A stretch of DNA of 53,326 nt, the filler included, from Bipalium vagum (lineage: Eukaryota), in NCBI GenBank assembly GCA_037834085.1. It is 3 parts of 3 records of this genome, joined end to end, with 100 filler letters (N's around TTAATTAATTAA, not from the genome) between each part and the next. Parts side by side here need not be neighbours in the genome. Positions count along the whole stretch, not along the records: positions 19,157 to 35,037 come from JBBMKC010131619.1; positions 35,138 to 53,326 come from JBBMKC010037308.1; 1 more part is not named here. One strand, 5' to 3'. Both the position numbers and the translations under genes were made by a program. Below, piece by piece: positions 27,911-40,411 of this stretch. Every line of letters begins with the position of its first letter. Within the stretch, counting starts at the first letter, position 1. The notes beneath the pieces are model-generated. The model saw only the letters and a program-made list of their open reading frames with translations, made no database searches and was not told the DNA's origin.

Positions 27911-28979
27911 ATTAATTAATTTATTTAATAAATGAATTTAATTAAAATCAACGATTCTGACATAAAATTTAGTAGGAATTCGAAATTAAATTAAGTTTTC
28001 GCGTTCTTCGTCCTAACTTCCTTTCGTGTATATCAGGAATCTGATATATTTATTGAATTTGCTCCTTATGGAACTGCTTGCCCCCTCCTTATTTTATCAA
28101 CCATCTGATGACCTCAGTTGAGGACTAATTGTAAAATACTTAATAATGTAAGACGATTCTTCTACATATGCCAGAAGAGAATTTGTTTCCGATTTGGCTT
28201 CTTTCATCAATTTTGAGCTGGTTAAATGTGATAATTTTATTATTTTTAATAATATTTTCATGCTTCAAATGAATATCACTTTAAATGTATTAATTAATAT
28301 AATATAATAACGTACTAAATCACGTGGCGTTTTCGTTGTAATGAACTGAAATCAAATATCTCAACTACACATGATTATTTACGCTGGAATATTTATCTAT
28401 ATTAAGCACCGTAATTACCATAGTTTCATAAATAGAATACATTTACAGAAGATGTCGTTGTGATTTATACAAATAGAATTTTAAGATATTTTAGTGCTTC
28501 TAGAACAGTTCGATAAGTTTGTGGAAAAGTAAGCAACAAATAAATTTATAAAAAAAAACAAGGTCACTATATTGTTCCAACTAACTTATCAAGTTTTTTT
28601 TCGTAACAAAATATATAGAAATCTTCGAAATATGCACTTACTTTATTCACACTTTCCTTATGTGATTGTTCTATCTACAAGCCATATTTAGATATGAAAA
28701 CAGAAAAAATGGTGTTAAGAACTAAAACTCAATAAAAAACTTAATTTAGAACAATCAAAACTAAAGAAAATGGTGCAGAATTAAGATATTTTATTAAACA
28801 AATTGTTGTGAAGTCTGATCGTGGATTGTAATCGTGGATCTGTGAATCTGTGTAATCATGATGGGAAAGGATTATTTAAATCAGCTCGATGAAGCACTTA
28901 CTAATCTCAAATATATTTCCCTTTTCAAAGTAATCGACTAGAATTACACCTTGTAAATCTTAAAAATTGTTACCCAAAT

Positions 28980-29600
28980 CACTCGAAGCTGCAACATTTT
29001 TCAAAAGCATTCTTTTACACCAAAATCACTTAGTTTTATTCATTATTTTAATTGATTTTTAATATCGATCTGTTGAAATAAAACGAAATTCTTTGGATTA
29101 TGTTTCCACAGTCACAAATATTAAATGTAATTTTACCCAATTATGAAAGCTTTAATAATTCAAAATATTTATATGAGTTTTAAAATGATCAATATCACAC
29201 TTCAATTCAGAGTTCACAAAAGATCATTTTTGAATCATTTGGCCTGTCACATCAATTGGAGTCAAAACATGCTTAATTATCTGCATTTGCACAATCACAG
29301 CCAAAATCTGTAAACCATTAATGAATCATTTCAATTGATGTGTGCTCATAATTTTAAAAAAGTCTTTATTCTAGTTTCAGTAACCGTTTGACCACTTAAC
29401 TTTTAATAAGCACTACCATGGTTTTCCATTTGGATTCTTTTTAATATTGACAAGTTTAAAAAAATTATATATTTGTCTTTATTCACAGATTTTATCTTTC
29501 GTATGTTTTATTTATTACACACAAAGTTCAATTGTAATACTGCTTGAATTCATTTATTTTTTCAAGTAGTTATTGAACTGCTCTCGTATATCCAATTAAT
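28980..29600 (-). mobile_element. Possible highly decayed hAT-like transposase remnant
   Basis: Weak minus-strand resemblance (GCDCANADN.., DSKMIF..) to the hAT G..YDNA.NM and A.F..C..H.L motifs. Confidence 0.28.
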
Positions 29601-30717
29601 ATTTCCAAAAAATTATAGGAAAAAATCTGAAGCACACTAATTTTTCATACAAGTATTATAATTTTGATTAAAACTCAAAAAGTATGACTAAAAATTCAAA
29701 AATTATGTATAATTTTATAAAAATTACATAAAGATGGAAAAATAAATAATATTTTTACAAAATGAATTAGACATTTTTCATATTATTATTTTAGAAGATG
29801 CCGAATATTGTCACGAAATACTTTTGTGAAGAAAGTCAGTTTTTGAAGCAGTTTTTTGTAGACTGTGTTGTTTACACAATTTTAATTTCTTGCTAAATTT
29901 TTACACATTTTCGTTAGGACAAAACCAAGATAAAAGTGATAAGGAAACAAGATCCCAGGTGTAAGATGGTTCAATTCAAACCCATACATGGAATTCCACA
30001 TAAGGAGAAACGTGAAAAATGTTTACCCTTTCTCAAATTTCTAAACTTTCCAATTGATTTTCAATAGCATATTTAAGTGGAGGACACAATTGTAAAATAT
30101 TATTTAATAATATATTAACAAATGAATAAATATATATAAAGCCTGGTGTTTACTTATTATTTTTGCATGTTTTAAATTGTGAATCAATTAATAAATTGGT
30201 TTCAATGCAAAAATGAATTGGGCCTAAGTGAAAATCGATCGATTTTTTTAAAAAAAAAACTAAACAAATGAAATAATTAGTTTATCGAATATATAATTTA
30301 ATAAAATATGAGATTTCATCGTAAACCTTTGTACATTTTAAGAAGACTATAACATGGTAACTTTTTTTAATGGTTTAGGTATTATCTATTATTTCTCGTT
30401 GACTTTAATTGTCCAATTGATAATATTAAATATCTTATGCAACTATTTTTATTTTATTATTATCATAAAGAAAATTTCTCAATGTAACATTTGACATAAT
30501 ATAAGTTTCCATTAAATTTTTTTGTAAAGACAGATCCAGTTTGTTATTAAGTTATTAGGTGTTTTTAGCGAGACATGGGAAAATAACAGTTTTAATTAGT
30601 GTTTATAGATCAATTAATATAACAAAAACATAATGTACCATTTTGAAAAAGAAAATATACAAATCTCTTAAGAAAACATTTAGAATTTTATTGTAAGGGG
30701 AAAAACAAGAAAATTGT

Positions 30718-30741
30718 CGTTTTCGTTTTCGTTTTCGTTTT
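30718..30741. repeat. (CGTTTT)4 microsatellite
   Basis: Four tandem CGTTTT units followed by CATTTT. Confidence 0.9.
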
Positions 30742-31637
30742 CATTTTTTGTTTTATAAGCTGAAAACAACGATTTCAATGAACATTTACATTATTATTGA
30801 CATTGTTTTAGAGAAAAATACATCTTTAAAATAGCTGAAATATCTTGTCAAAACTGTATTACGTAAAACCTAAAAAACCAGATTAACATATTCCACACAG
30901 AAAGTAAAATTAGTTTGGAGTAGTTCTTAAAGGTTTGAATAATTAAATTTTATGAATATCAAAAATTTTATAAATACATAACATATTAATTTTTAAATCG
31001 AAACATTTAAATTTTAATTTAATAGGACCAAAAAGTTTTTTAATGACATTTGTTTTAATACTCAAAACATGACAACTCCAGGTAATTAAAATTATCATTT
31101 AAATTTAAATTTGTCAAATATGTCAAAGGTAACAATTTTATAGTTCAAATTTTGATATTTTAAGCAATTCTTTTTGATTTTGATAAACCTCAAAACAATT
31201 CCTAAATGTAAATTTTCATTTATCAAATATTTATATAATAGATTGACAATTACAACTTTGATTAAAATTAATGAGCTTTAAATAAAATAAAATTCAATTA
31301 CAAGACACTCACATTGGTCATCTTCATTTATTAAAAGCCATAGGAAAATTATTAATTATTTTACTTTATTACTTTAATAAAATAATGTTATAAATGTTTC
31401 ATTAAAAGAATTAGTAAAAGTATTAATAATATTAAAATCAATTTTCATTGGAGGATAATTTGATTGGTCGGCTCTCATGAAATAACATGCTTAATATAGG
31501 AAATGGTGATAACATTTTGATACAGGTGTTTGTTCTGTCTGTTGCATATGGCGACCAGTTTACTGTTAAACTGTGAAGGCATGCTTACAAATTGGTAAGC
31601 TTGTCTACCATATTTTGTCTTTGTGTATGCTTATGTT

Positions 31638-31653
31638 TGTGTGTGTGTGTGTG
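31638..31653. repeat. (TG)8 microsatellite
   Basis: Direct reading. Confidence 0.9.
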
Positions 31654-32770
31654 ATTGTGAGTATGACTGCCTAACTTTTTTCGTTGCATGAGATCATCTG
31701 ATGTCTGTGTATTTATAAATATATCAATTAACGCTTGTTTGTGTAATAATGTGTTTTCGTTTGTCTGAGAATATGTGTGTGTGTCTATTAATTAATGGTA
31801 AACGACCAACATTTGTGCTGGTGTTCCCATGGAAATGGTTTTAATAAGAATATCATGACTATTTTTTCTTATTTTGATCTTTAGATAATGATCACAACAA
31901 ATTGATCGGACACTGTTCGATTATGTTTTCCGTAATTAAAATCGCTGGTGTTCGTTTATTAGTTTTTAATGAAATTAGCAGCTTTTCTGTTGATATTGGA
32001 AATTGTCCACGAAACGTCTCTTTCAGAGTTGCAGAATTTACAAGAATCGTTTTTCCTATCTTCACATATATCATTGTTTTAGAGTTGAATTTTTTATTGT
32101 TACTTGATAAGAAATGTCGGCAAAATTTTATAGGATTGAAGACTTCACTTTTTGTATATTTTTAAATATTATTATTTTACATATTTTGTGTATCTGCTTA
32201 GAAAATAGGTCAATATTCGGTGGTTATAATATTTATTGTTGCCTGATAAAATTATCGGTAGAATTTAATCGGACCGAAGATTTTTATCTTTAATATACTT
32301 TTTAATATATATTAAAATTACTGACTGAGAAGAAAAGCTAATTGCACCAGATGGTAGATAAAGTAGAAAATGGACAAGGTTGCGTGTTATATGTTAGAAA
32401 TGAAATGATTGTATAAGAGTAAGATAATTTAAGATTGAATATGTTTGTAGAATTGTAGAAAAACCATTATCTGTAAATTAGATTGATTTTGTTTGAATAG
32501 AGGATTGGATTTTGGTTCTAAGTGAGTTAGAAGATGCATAGCGAGAGGAAGGTCAAGCTTTACATTATCGGATGTTTTAGCTAGGGTTTGAGCAATCTGA
32601 GTTGTCTAAAGTTCGTGATTAAGCCATATCGTTTGGACAGATATTGACAAGTTGATAAAGAAATACACGAAGTGGTGATAAACTTTAATATTTTTTTTAT
32701 TGTTTAAGGTCAAGAGATCGAATTATGAAGTTTAGAATCATTTTAATTGTTGGATTAGCCAAAGGCTCTT

Positions 32771-34162
32771 CAGTGGACTTTGGTTAATACGATGTTGTCG
32801 GGATTTCCAAAAATCATCGTGATAAGCGATATATCGTATTAGCAGAAGTGTAAATAAAATTTCATTTACATGACATGTATTATACAATGGGAAGAATAAG
32901 AAATAAATGAAACAATCGATTTTCAAACATTTATTACTTGTCCGTTATTGATAGTTGTTTAGTACAGCTTAGTTTATTTAAGATATAATCTTCAATTATT
33001 TAAGTTTGTTTCATTTCTACACTAAGATTGTTCTGTTGAAGGTATTGACGAACGTCTTTGGCATTTAAATATTCTTCCACATTACAAGATAAATTTTCAT
33101 CTTCATTTCGTCTTCCTTTCATAATTTCATCACAGATATCCGAATCTCTTAGCATCGAGGTCGTATCACATCCACAAAAAGATCAAAATCTTCTCTTCAC
33201 GATTTCAGCAACATTTTATTCATCATTTAATAAAATATTTTCATCAATTTATAAGTCTGAATCATTTTCAGCTATTTTTGGATTAAAATGACAGTGCTGA
33301 AAACATTTCATAATCAAACCTGCCCTAACTAAAGACCAAGGTGAAGTGCAAAGTTAACTTGTCTTTAGAATTTTTATAATCAGCTACTGGATCCATTTTT
33401 TGAAAATGTAATGTTCCATTGAGTAATGCTTTATAAAATAATGCATTTCTAGCATCATATCCGGTAACTAATTTCGGTAAGGTGGTGGGAATGTAAGAAT
33501 CAGTTGCAAAAATGTCAGCATTGCTTTTCTCCTATAATGCGCTTGTAATTAATATTGCGCCTGTTTTGCACCTTTCTGGTTTTTAAATAAAATTCATTTC
33601 AAAACTAAAATGCATAGCTTTTCCAGTAGTAACAGGACAGATATCGTGCAATTTTGATCACGTCGCTCTTTAAACTACATTAGTAGAGCATTATCCAGTT
33701 TAACAGAGATACAATTTCGATGTTGCATCATTGTATTTTTCTCATTGGGAAAAAAACATTCCGCGAATCTTGATGTCATTGAATTTAATGGTTTCCTAAG
33801 TAGATTGAGACAATTTATATTTTTTGACTACTTCTGGTTGTTTCATCTAAAATGTTTATTTTAGTTTTTAAACATAAAACTTTGCTTTAGCATTCATTTT
33901 ATATTGTTAGTATTTATTTTTAAAAATATTGGATTTCTGTAGAAATTTAAAGAAATTAAATATAAAATATTCTATTAAGCGATATTTAAAAATTAAATTT
34001 GATTTAATTTCAAAAATAATAAACGATTTATCATATTATGCGATATCGTATTAAGCGATGCTTTTATATATCAAAATTATATATATTAAAAAGGGTCCAA
34101 TTAATTATATCTTGATATCCACATAATCGTATTAAGCGTAACGTATTAACCGACTTCCACTG
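32771..34162 (-). mobile_element. Tigger/pogo (DDE_1) element with both TIRs, degenerate
   Basis: Inverted ends CAGTGGACTTTGGTTAATACG / CAGTGGAAGTCGGTTAATACG, with subterminal TATTAAGCG repeats. Minus-strand YNDAT, ILTFPPP, PWSLVRAGLIMKCFQHCHF and an acidic C-terminus. Confidence 0.85.
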
Positions 34163-34347
34163 TACCATGTTAAGGGAAATGAAAACATACAGATCTGATA
34201 ATAATATTAATATTAATGTATCACTATTAAAATGATATAAATAAATATTTCTAATGTTTAGTTTATACTACTATAAAAAGTGTGTAACAATCTTACTCAT
34301 TATTTTGAGTTATAATTTTAAGAATAATAATGATAAAGTCATAATAG

Positions 34348-35037
34348 TGAGGTCTTAATAATAATAATAATAATAATTGGAATGCAATCCCAACTTTAAT
34401 TGCATTTTTAAGATAGTAATAATAATAATAATTATTATTATTATGATAATAATTAGCCTCGGCATCGAGGTGCTTAAATAGGAATTGTACTAGATAGTGG
34501 GAGTTGTTAATTCCTTTTGTCTCTGCGTACAGACAACGATAGAAAATAGAAGTTATTAATGGAAATAGCCGTCTCGAAGTGTAGGTATTAGTGATCTTAA
34601 CTCAATCTCTACGGCTATATAAATAGACAGATATTCCGATTAATTTACCCCAGAAAACATCGAAAATCATTGTTTATTATTCTTTTTATTTGTTTTATTA
34701 GTCCAGTTATTATTATTCATTTTGTTTCCGTGAAGATTCCATTTGTTCGTGAAGATCAGTGGTTACAGTATTTTTAATTTCTTTCGCCAAAGACGACAAT
34801 GCAAGAGGATTTATCAAGGGAACTCCTTGTCGCTCCTGGTGAGACTGTTTTATTTTACTTTTGACTCTTTCTTTTGTGATCATTCTTCGCTTTCGATTTT
34901 TAGACTATTATTATTAGGTTGTAAAGAAATTAATTGCGGTTTATGAAACTAAATTTTTGTAGTATGAATTAATAAAGGAAAATTTGTTTTATTAATATAA
35001 ATTTGTTTTCATATTGAAGCGTAAATTTTAAAAAAGG
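34348..35037 (+). mobile_element. LTR-like interspersed repeat, copy A
   Basis: TAA tracts, a small hairpin, a stem-enclosed CTATATAAA and an AT-rich downstream tract with AATAAA. Homologous to the minus-strand copy near 35.6 kb. Boundaries are uncertain. Confidence 0.4.
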
Positions 35038-35137
35038 NNNNNNNNNNNNNNNNNNNNNNNNNNNNNNNNNNNNNNNNNNNNTTAATTAATTAANNNNNNN
35101 NNNNNNNNNNNNNNNNNNNNNNNNNNNNNNNNNNNNN
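35038..35137. other. Assembly gap with artificial linker
   Basis: 44 N + TTAATTAATTAA + 44 N, identical in design to the gap at 19057. Confidence 0.97.
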
Positions 35138-35399
35138 CAATCAAGAGTGCAGCAACTTCTTAAAAATAAGGGCATGTGGACCAAATATTAATATTTTTTG
35201 TGCATGATCATATGTAGTATATATTTTTTAGTGTTTTCCATTTTAATAAATTATTATTCTTGCATTTAATAATGAATTGCGTAAAAAAATATTTTAGAAA
35301 TTGAATTTAAGACTAAAACACGAAACTTTTTGTTTGAGTCTATTTCAATGGCCAGGTACTGTAAAATTCTCTTGCATGTTCATCATCATAAAAAATGCA

Positions 35400-35713
35400 A
35401 GTACTGCAAAATGAAATCTTAGAATTAATAAATTCGGGTCTTCTTCTTTTATAAATAAAAATAAATCTCCTATACTTCTTCAATAATAATCGTCTTCTTC
35501 TTAAAATACTTTTTTATTAATACCTTCTTTCTGACAAATGACAAAAAATAATAAAATTTCCTTTAGTAAATTTATGGGAGACTTTCTGGGAATAGCCTTC
35601 GCCTTATATAGTCGTAGAGAATGGTGTGCGAGTAACAATCTCTAAGTTTAGAAGGCTATTCCCATTAATCAATCTATGTTACTTTTAATATCTCGACGGC
35701 GAGATAAAATTAC

Positions 35714-35771
<58 letters not shown>

Positions 35772-35900
35772 TAATAATAATAATAATAATAGTTCTATTA
35801 TGATTAAATCATTATCCCGAAGGCAGAATATAATTACTTTTTATTATTATATTTTTATCATTATCTCGACAGCAAGATAATATTATATAAACGATCATCA
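35400..35900 (-). mobile_element. LTR-like interspersed repeat, copy B
   Basis: The minus strand reads TTAATGGGAATAGCCTTC...TCTCTACGACTATATAAGG..GAAGGCTATTCCCAGAAA, collinear with copy A. Confidence 0.4.
35715..35790. repeat. (TAA)n microsatellite, about 25 units with one CAA
   Basis: Direct reading. Confidence 0.95.
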
Positions 35901-36999
35901 CGTTTTCTTTAAAAGTAAATCTTTTAATTATAACTTAATTAATTTTATTATTATTATTATTCCTTTGTGATTCAAGGTTATTTTTATGGTTTAAATGTTT
36001 GTGGCTTTATTGAACCCAACATAAAATTGATTCCAAATTTCTAAAAATAGTTTTTAACTGAGTCTTTTATTATATGCCTTGTAGTTAGATGGTTTCGATC
36101 TATTAAATAACTCAAACAATTAAATTAATTTGTCAAAATAAATTATGTAATTGATCGAAACCAATAAAGTATTATACATTTATATAAATAAAAATTTTGA
36201 TAAATAGGTGTAATAAATACATTTTTGTAAAATCTTTGTTATCGTTATGTTAATAACTGTTAATATTTCTCTTTACTATGAATATTTGAAAAAAATGGAG
36301 CGATAGTGTTCATTTTTAACAGGGTTGACAGTAATTTTATTTTTGAAATATGTTCAACTAACCTAGTGAGAATATCCAAAAGCAGTAAGTTAACGAAATA
36401 GAACACACAAGGAAGAAAAGACTAATGGTATCAAATAATGACAGGGAGATAATTGTAGCTAAAACACTGGAAGTTATTCCATAAAAACAATTGCCTCTAT
36501 GCTCGAGATAAAATACTAAACTGTGAACACCATTGTAAAAAGTCTTTAAAGATAACCTAATAAACGCAGTGGTGACAGACGTTCCAAGTTAAGCTTGGAA
36601 ATATAAAATGATTTTTTCTCTCATGTGGATGAAGAATGCACTTTAAAATAAAAAGACAACTTCTAGGCTAGAAAGTAATTAATGAATAATAATTTTTATT
36701 TGCTGTTTGCTGTTTTTAATTAAAATTATTTTTTATTATATTATTGGTTGACAAAATTAGTTAATAATTTTAAAAACCATATATTTATTTATTTGTAAGT
36801 TATTTATTCAATTATAACTTCAACATCGATAATTTCACAATTTGTTCTAGTCCCAATTTGGTTCCTAACAATTTGCATGAAAGGATTTTATAACTTCAAA
36901 ATTATATATAGTGATTTTTTAAATTCACACATTTTTAAGTAAACTTTTAAATATTATTTGTTTAAATAATAAATAGGTTTTGTAATATTTTAGAATTAA

Positions 37000-37480
37000 A
37001 TAAACTTTCACAATAAATGAGTTCCAAAACAATTAGTGAAAAAATTAAATTTTATCAGATTTACAAAACAGTCGAAGATTACCCAACAAGGTTTGGTCGA
37101 ATGAGTATCTAAGGAATTCGAAAAAACATTTGACAGAACAACAATTTCAAAAATTTTGAAATTTGCAGAAAATTTAGTAGAAAATGCTGAGAAATCCTTG
37201 ATACAAAAGATAAGATGCAGAAATATAACAATTCCGTGGGTGGATTCAAATTTGAATGAGTTTGTTGTTAAAAATAGAACAAAAATAATTACTGAGGCGA
37301 TATTGATAGAACAAGTAACAAGATTTTCAAATACTGAAAGCCAACTGTCCGAATAAGAAAAAATTGACAAGAGGGTAGATACTTTCATTTAAAAATATCA
37401 TGGTATTAAGCATCGAGCTATATCTCGTTCTGTTAATTAGAGCATAGTTGACTCAAATTAACCACTTACAAAAATATTGT
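37000..37480 (+). mobile_element. Tigger/pogo N-terminal remnant (HTH_psq and CENP-B-type HTH)
   Basis: KITQQGLVE*VSKEFEKTFDRTTISKILK...IPWVDSNLNEFV..IITEAILIEQ...KYHGIKHR. Confidence 0.75.
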
Positions 37481-37859
37481 CAAGTTACTCACTAATTAAT
37501 ATTTTTAATTTCGATTAAACCAATCTCTCTTACCGCTTGGAACCAAATAAGACCCTAGCTATGAAACAGATTTATGGAAGAAAAAACTTGAAAAAGAATA
37601 ACGATCGGTTTTATGAAAAGTTAAAATAAAATTCAAAGAGAGCTTGATTTAAGAATAGAGAACAATATAAAAAAACCATGTTATAGAATTATTTTAAATA
37701 AATATATATGATTGATCATTATGTAATTTTTAATAAATTATCGATTGCTATATAACATTGAGTTTGATTTTGTAATTTCACAACAACAAAATTCTTATTT
37801 CATAGATGAATGACTGTATATATATTGAAAGATAAAAAAGTATAAAAATTATTTAGATT

Positions 37860-38120
37860 TAAGTGTTTTAAAAGAAACCATTAGATGTGTTTTAATTATG
37901 AGACTGGAGCCGAAACGAAAAAAACAGCGAGTGCTTTCTGCTAAATAAAAAATTGATTGGGATGATCAATGGAAAAAATGTGATATGGAGTGACAAGAAG
38001 AAATTTTTTACCTACCCCTAGCATGATTTAGAAGAGTTAGTTCAAACGCGAAAGGGTTACTATTTCAATTTTAATGGAAAATAAACTCTAGCCATTGTTT
38101 GAAACAAAGACCAGTGGGAG
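37860..38120 (+). mobile_element. Tc1/Tc3-like fragment
   Basis: KKQRVLSAK*KIDWDDQWK.VIWSDKKKF resembles W..VI(W/F)SDEKKF. Confidence 0.6.
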
Positions 38121-39149
38121 TAATATTTTTTATGATTATATATTTTTTGTGATTTTTTGATAAAATACTTCTTATTTGTTTAGTTTTTATTCATGTTCAT
38201 GTAAAATAAAAACCTCTGAGAAATTATCCTAACCATTATAGATATTCTTATTATTATTACCATTATTATAATTATTATTATTATCTTTAAAAATAAATAA
38301 AATATATAATTTAAAAATGGAAAAGCCGATTTACTAAAAATATAATTTAGTGTAAAAAATAATTAAAAAAGGAATAAGAATTAGGTAAAAAATTAAAAAT
38401 AAAATATAATTTTAAAGAAAAATTAACCTACGTCTGAATAATAATTAAGGTCAGCATAGAGTGACCAACTGTCACAAAAACAAAAAACAAAATTAGGGTT
38501 ATCAAGCACAATAATGAAGGCAGACCAGAACAGATATAAATTAGGCGCCGCAAATTATAAACAAATCAAAGACATTTTGCGATACAAAATTTGTATAAAT
38601 GCAGCTATCAAATTCTAAAACGCACTACGTAGAATTCGCATATTTTGTCATAGGTAAATTTTAATATTTTTATTTTTATATTTGATCATATTGACGCTTG
38701 GCAATTTGATATAGAATTGCATAAGTTATATATTTTTAAAATCACTCTTCTAATAATTACTAGTAATTAGAAACTAGGATTATTTGTCTTTTTTATTTGC
38801 ATTCTGTTGTTTTCCTTTTTTGTTTACATTTTACACAACAGTTACGGCTGGTAAATTGTCTCAGGTCCTTTCCACAGCTTACAAGGTAACTGTGGAAGGA
38901 CATTCAGAGGTTCTGATTAAACAAATTTGTAATTATCAGTTTTACCAATAAAAATATTTGATATCGATTTTGTTCTTACTTAGAATTTTTATTGTGTAGC
39001 TCATAATATTTGCTCATAATAGTTTTATCGATATTAGTTCCGAAATACACACTATAAATTCTTCTGATATTTGTTGCAAATATTTTGTTAAGTTGCCTTA
39101 AGATCCGATTTGATACTTTTAATATCATAAAATCACTCCACTTTTTAGG

Positions 39150-39520
39150 AACTTAGCAATACCAAAAGAAGCAAAAAGAGGTTTACATCCTCATTAATAA
39201 ATAAAACGTCAAAATCGGTTCATAACGCTGATGAAAATTTGGATATTCATTATAATAGTGTTCACAGAATAAAACAAAAACTAGGTAGTCAAAAATCAAA
39301 AAATAAGAGCACGAAAAGGGAGCAAGTATATTTACAATAGGGTTGTACCATCCTGTGGACATTTCATTTGTGTCATGAATGATGAGACTTACGTACCAGC
39401 AGATCCAAACCAAGTGCCTGGTAAAGAATTTTACTCAGAAATACCTGGACTGCAATTGGATCCATCACAAAAGGTTATTAAAAAAAGAAAAATATCATAA
39501 AGTTTTTAGTTTGACAAGAA
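39150..39520 (+). mobile_element. DD37E-type (ITmD37E/TRT-like) transposase fragment
   Basis: ICVMNDETYVPADPNQVPGKEFY resembles the MDDETYV..D..QLPG..FY motif of DD37E elements. Confidence 0.62.
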
Positions 39521-40259
39521 ATTTCTTTTTTAATATAGAAATTCTCAAAATAATAATAAATAATATAAATTTCAATAAAACATATACTGTAAAAACCTTA
39601 ATTATATAAAATTATAAAATAAAAATTATATATAATTTATTTTTAATTTATAATGTAAATGGAATAACAATTTTCAAGCCATTATACAATATTGATTGCT
39701 TATAAAAAGTATTTATTTTTAATTAAATTAATTATTAAATTAGACTTGGTGCTAATTGGATGAGTTTTTAGTCTTTCTTCATTGTATTTTAAGTAAATTG
39801 GATAAAATAAAAATACAGTACAATTTTATTTTTAAAAATACAAGATAGAATTTTGGTATGCGAATGAGAAAATTGAGAATACTTCTGTCTTGTGGCTCTT
39901 AAAAAAGAAAATTATTAAAACTTTAATTGAAGTACTGCAGAAAACTCAGGAAGCGACTGGTATTGATTTAGCAGCTGGTTTTGAAGATATTTTGGTAAAT
40001 GAATATCAAAAAAATAATGTAAACCTTGAACAGGTGCTCAAGAGCATTCAATATCAACGTCATATATGAAAACGCTCAAGTAGAACAATGAATATTTTAA
40101 TTTAATTAAAGAAGACGCGACATAAAAAACCTGAGAAAATGGATTTTGTTTATAATAAACAGTAAAAATGTGCGATTTTCAATTATGTAATTAGTTTTGG
40201 GTGTTAACCAATTTTAAATGCATTTATTATGATTTTAATGCTTAAAATGAGTTAGATAA

Positions 40260-40411
40260 NNNNNNNNNNNNNNNNNNNNNNNNNNNNNNNNNNNNNNNNN
40301 NNNNNNNNNNNNNNNNNNNNNNNNNNNNNNNNNNNNNNNNNNNNNNNNNNNNNNNNNNNNNNNNNNNNNNNNNNNNNNNNNNNNNNNNNNNNNNNNNNNN
40401 NNNNNNNNNNN
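40260..40411. other. Assembly gap (152 N)
   Basis: Run of N. Confidence 0.99.

Noticed and set aside
37008-37388. 126-aa minus-strand ORF with hydrophobic segments
   Set aside because: It is the antisense shadow of the plus-strand Tigger HTH remnant.
38521-38550. GGCGCC plus CAGAC as a BMP/Smad silencer element
   Set aside because: The spacing is 18 nt, not the 5 nt required by the GRCGNC(N5)GTCT element.
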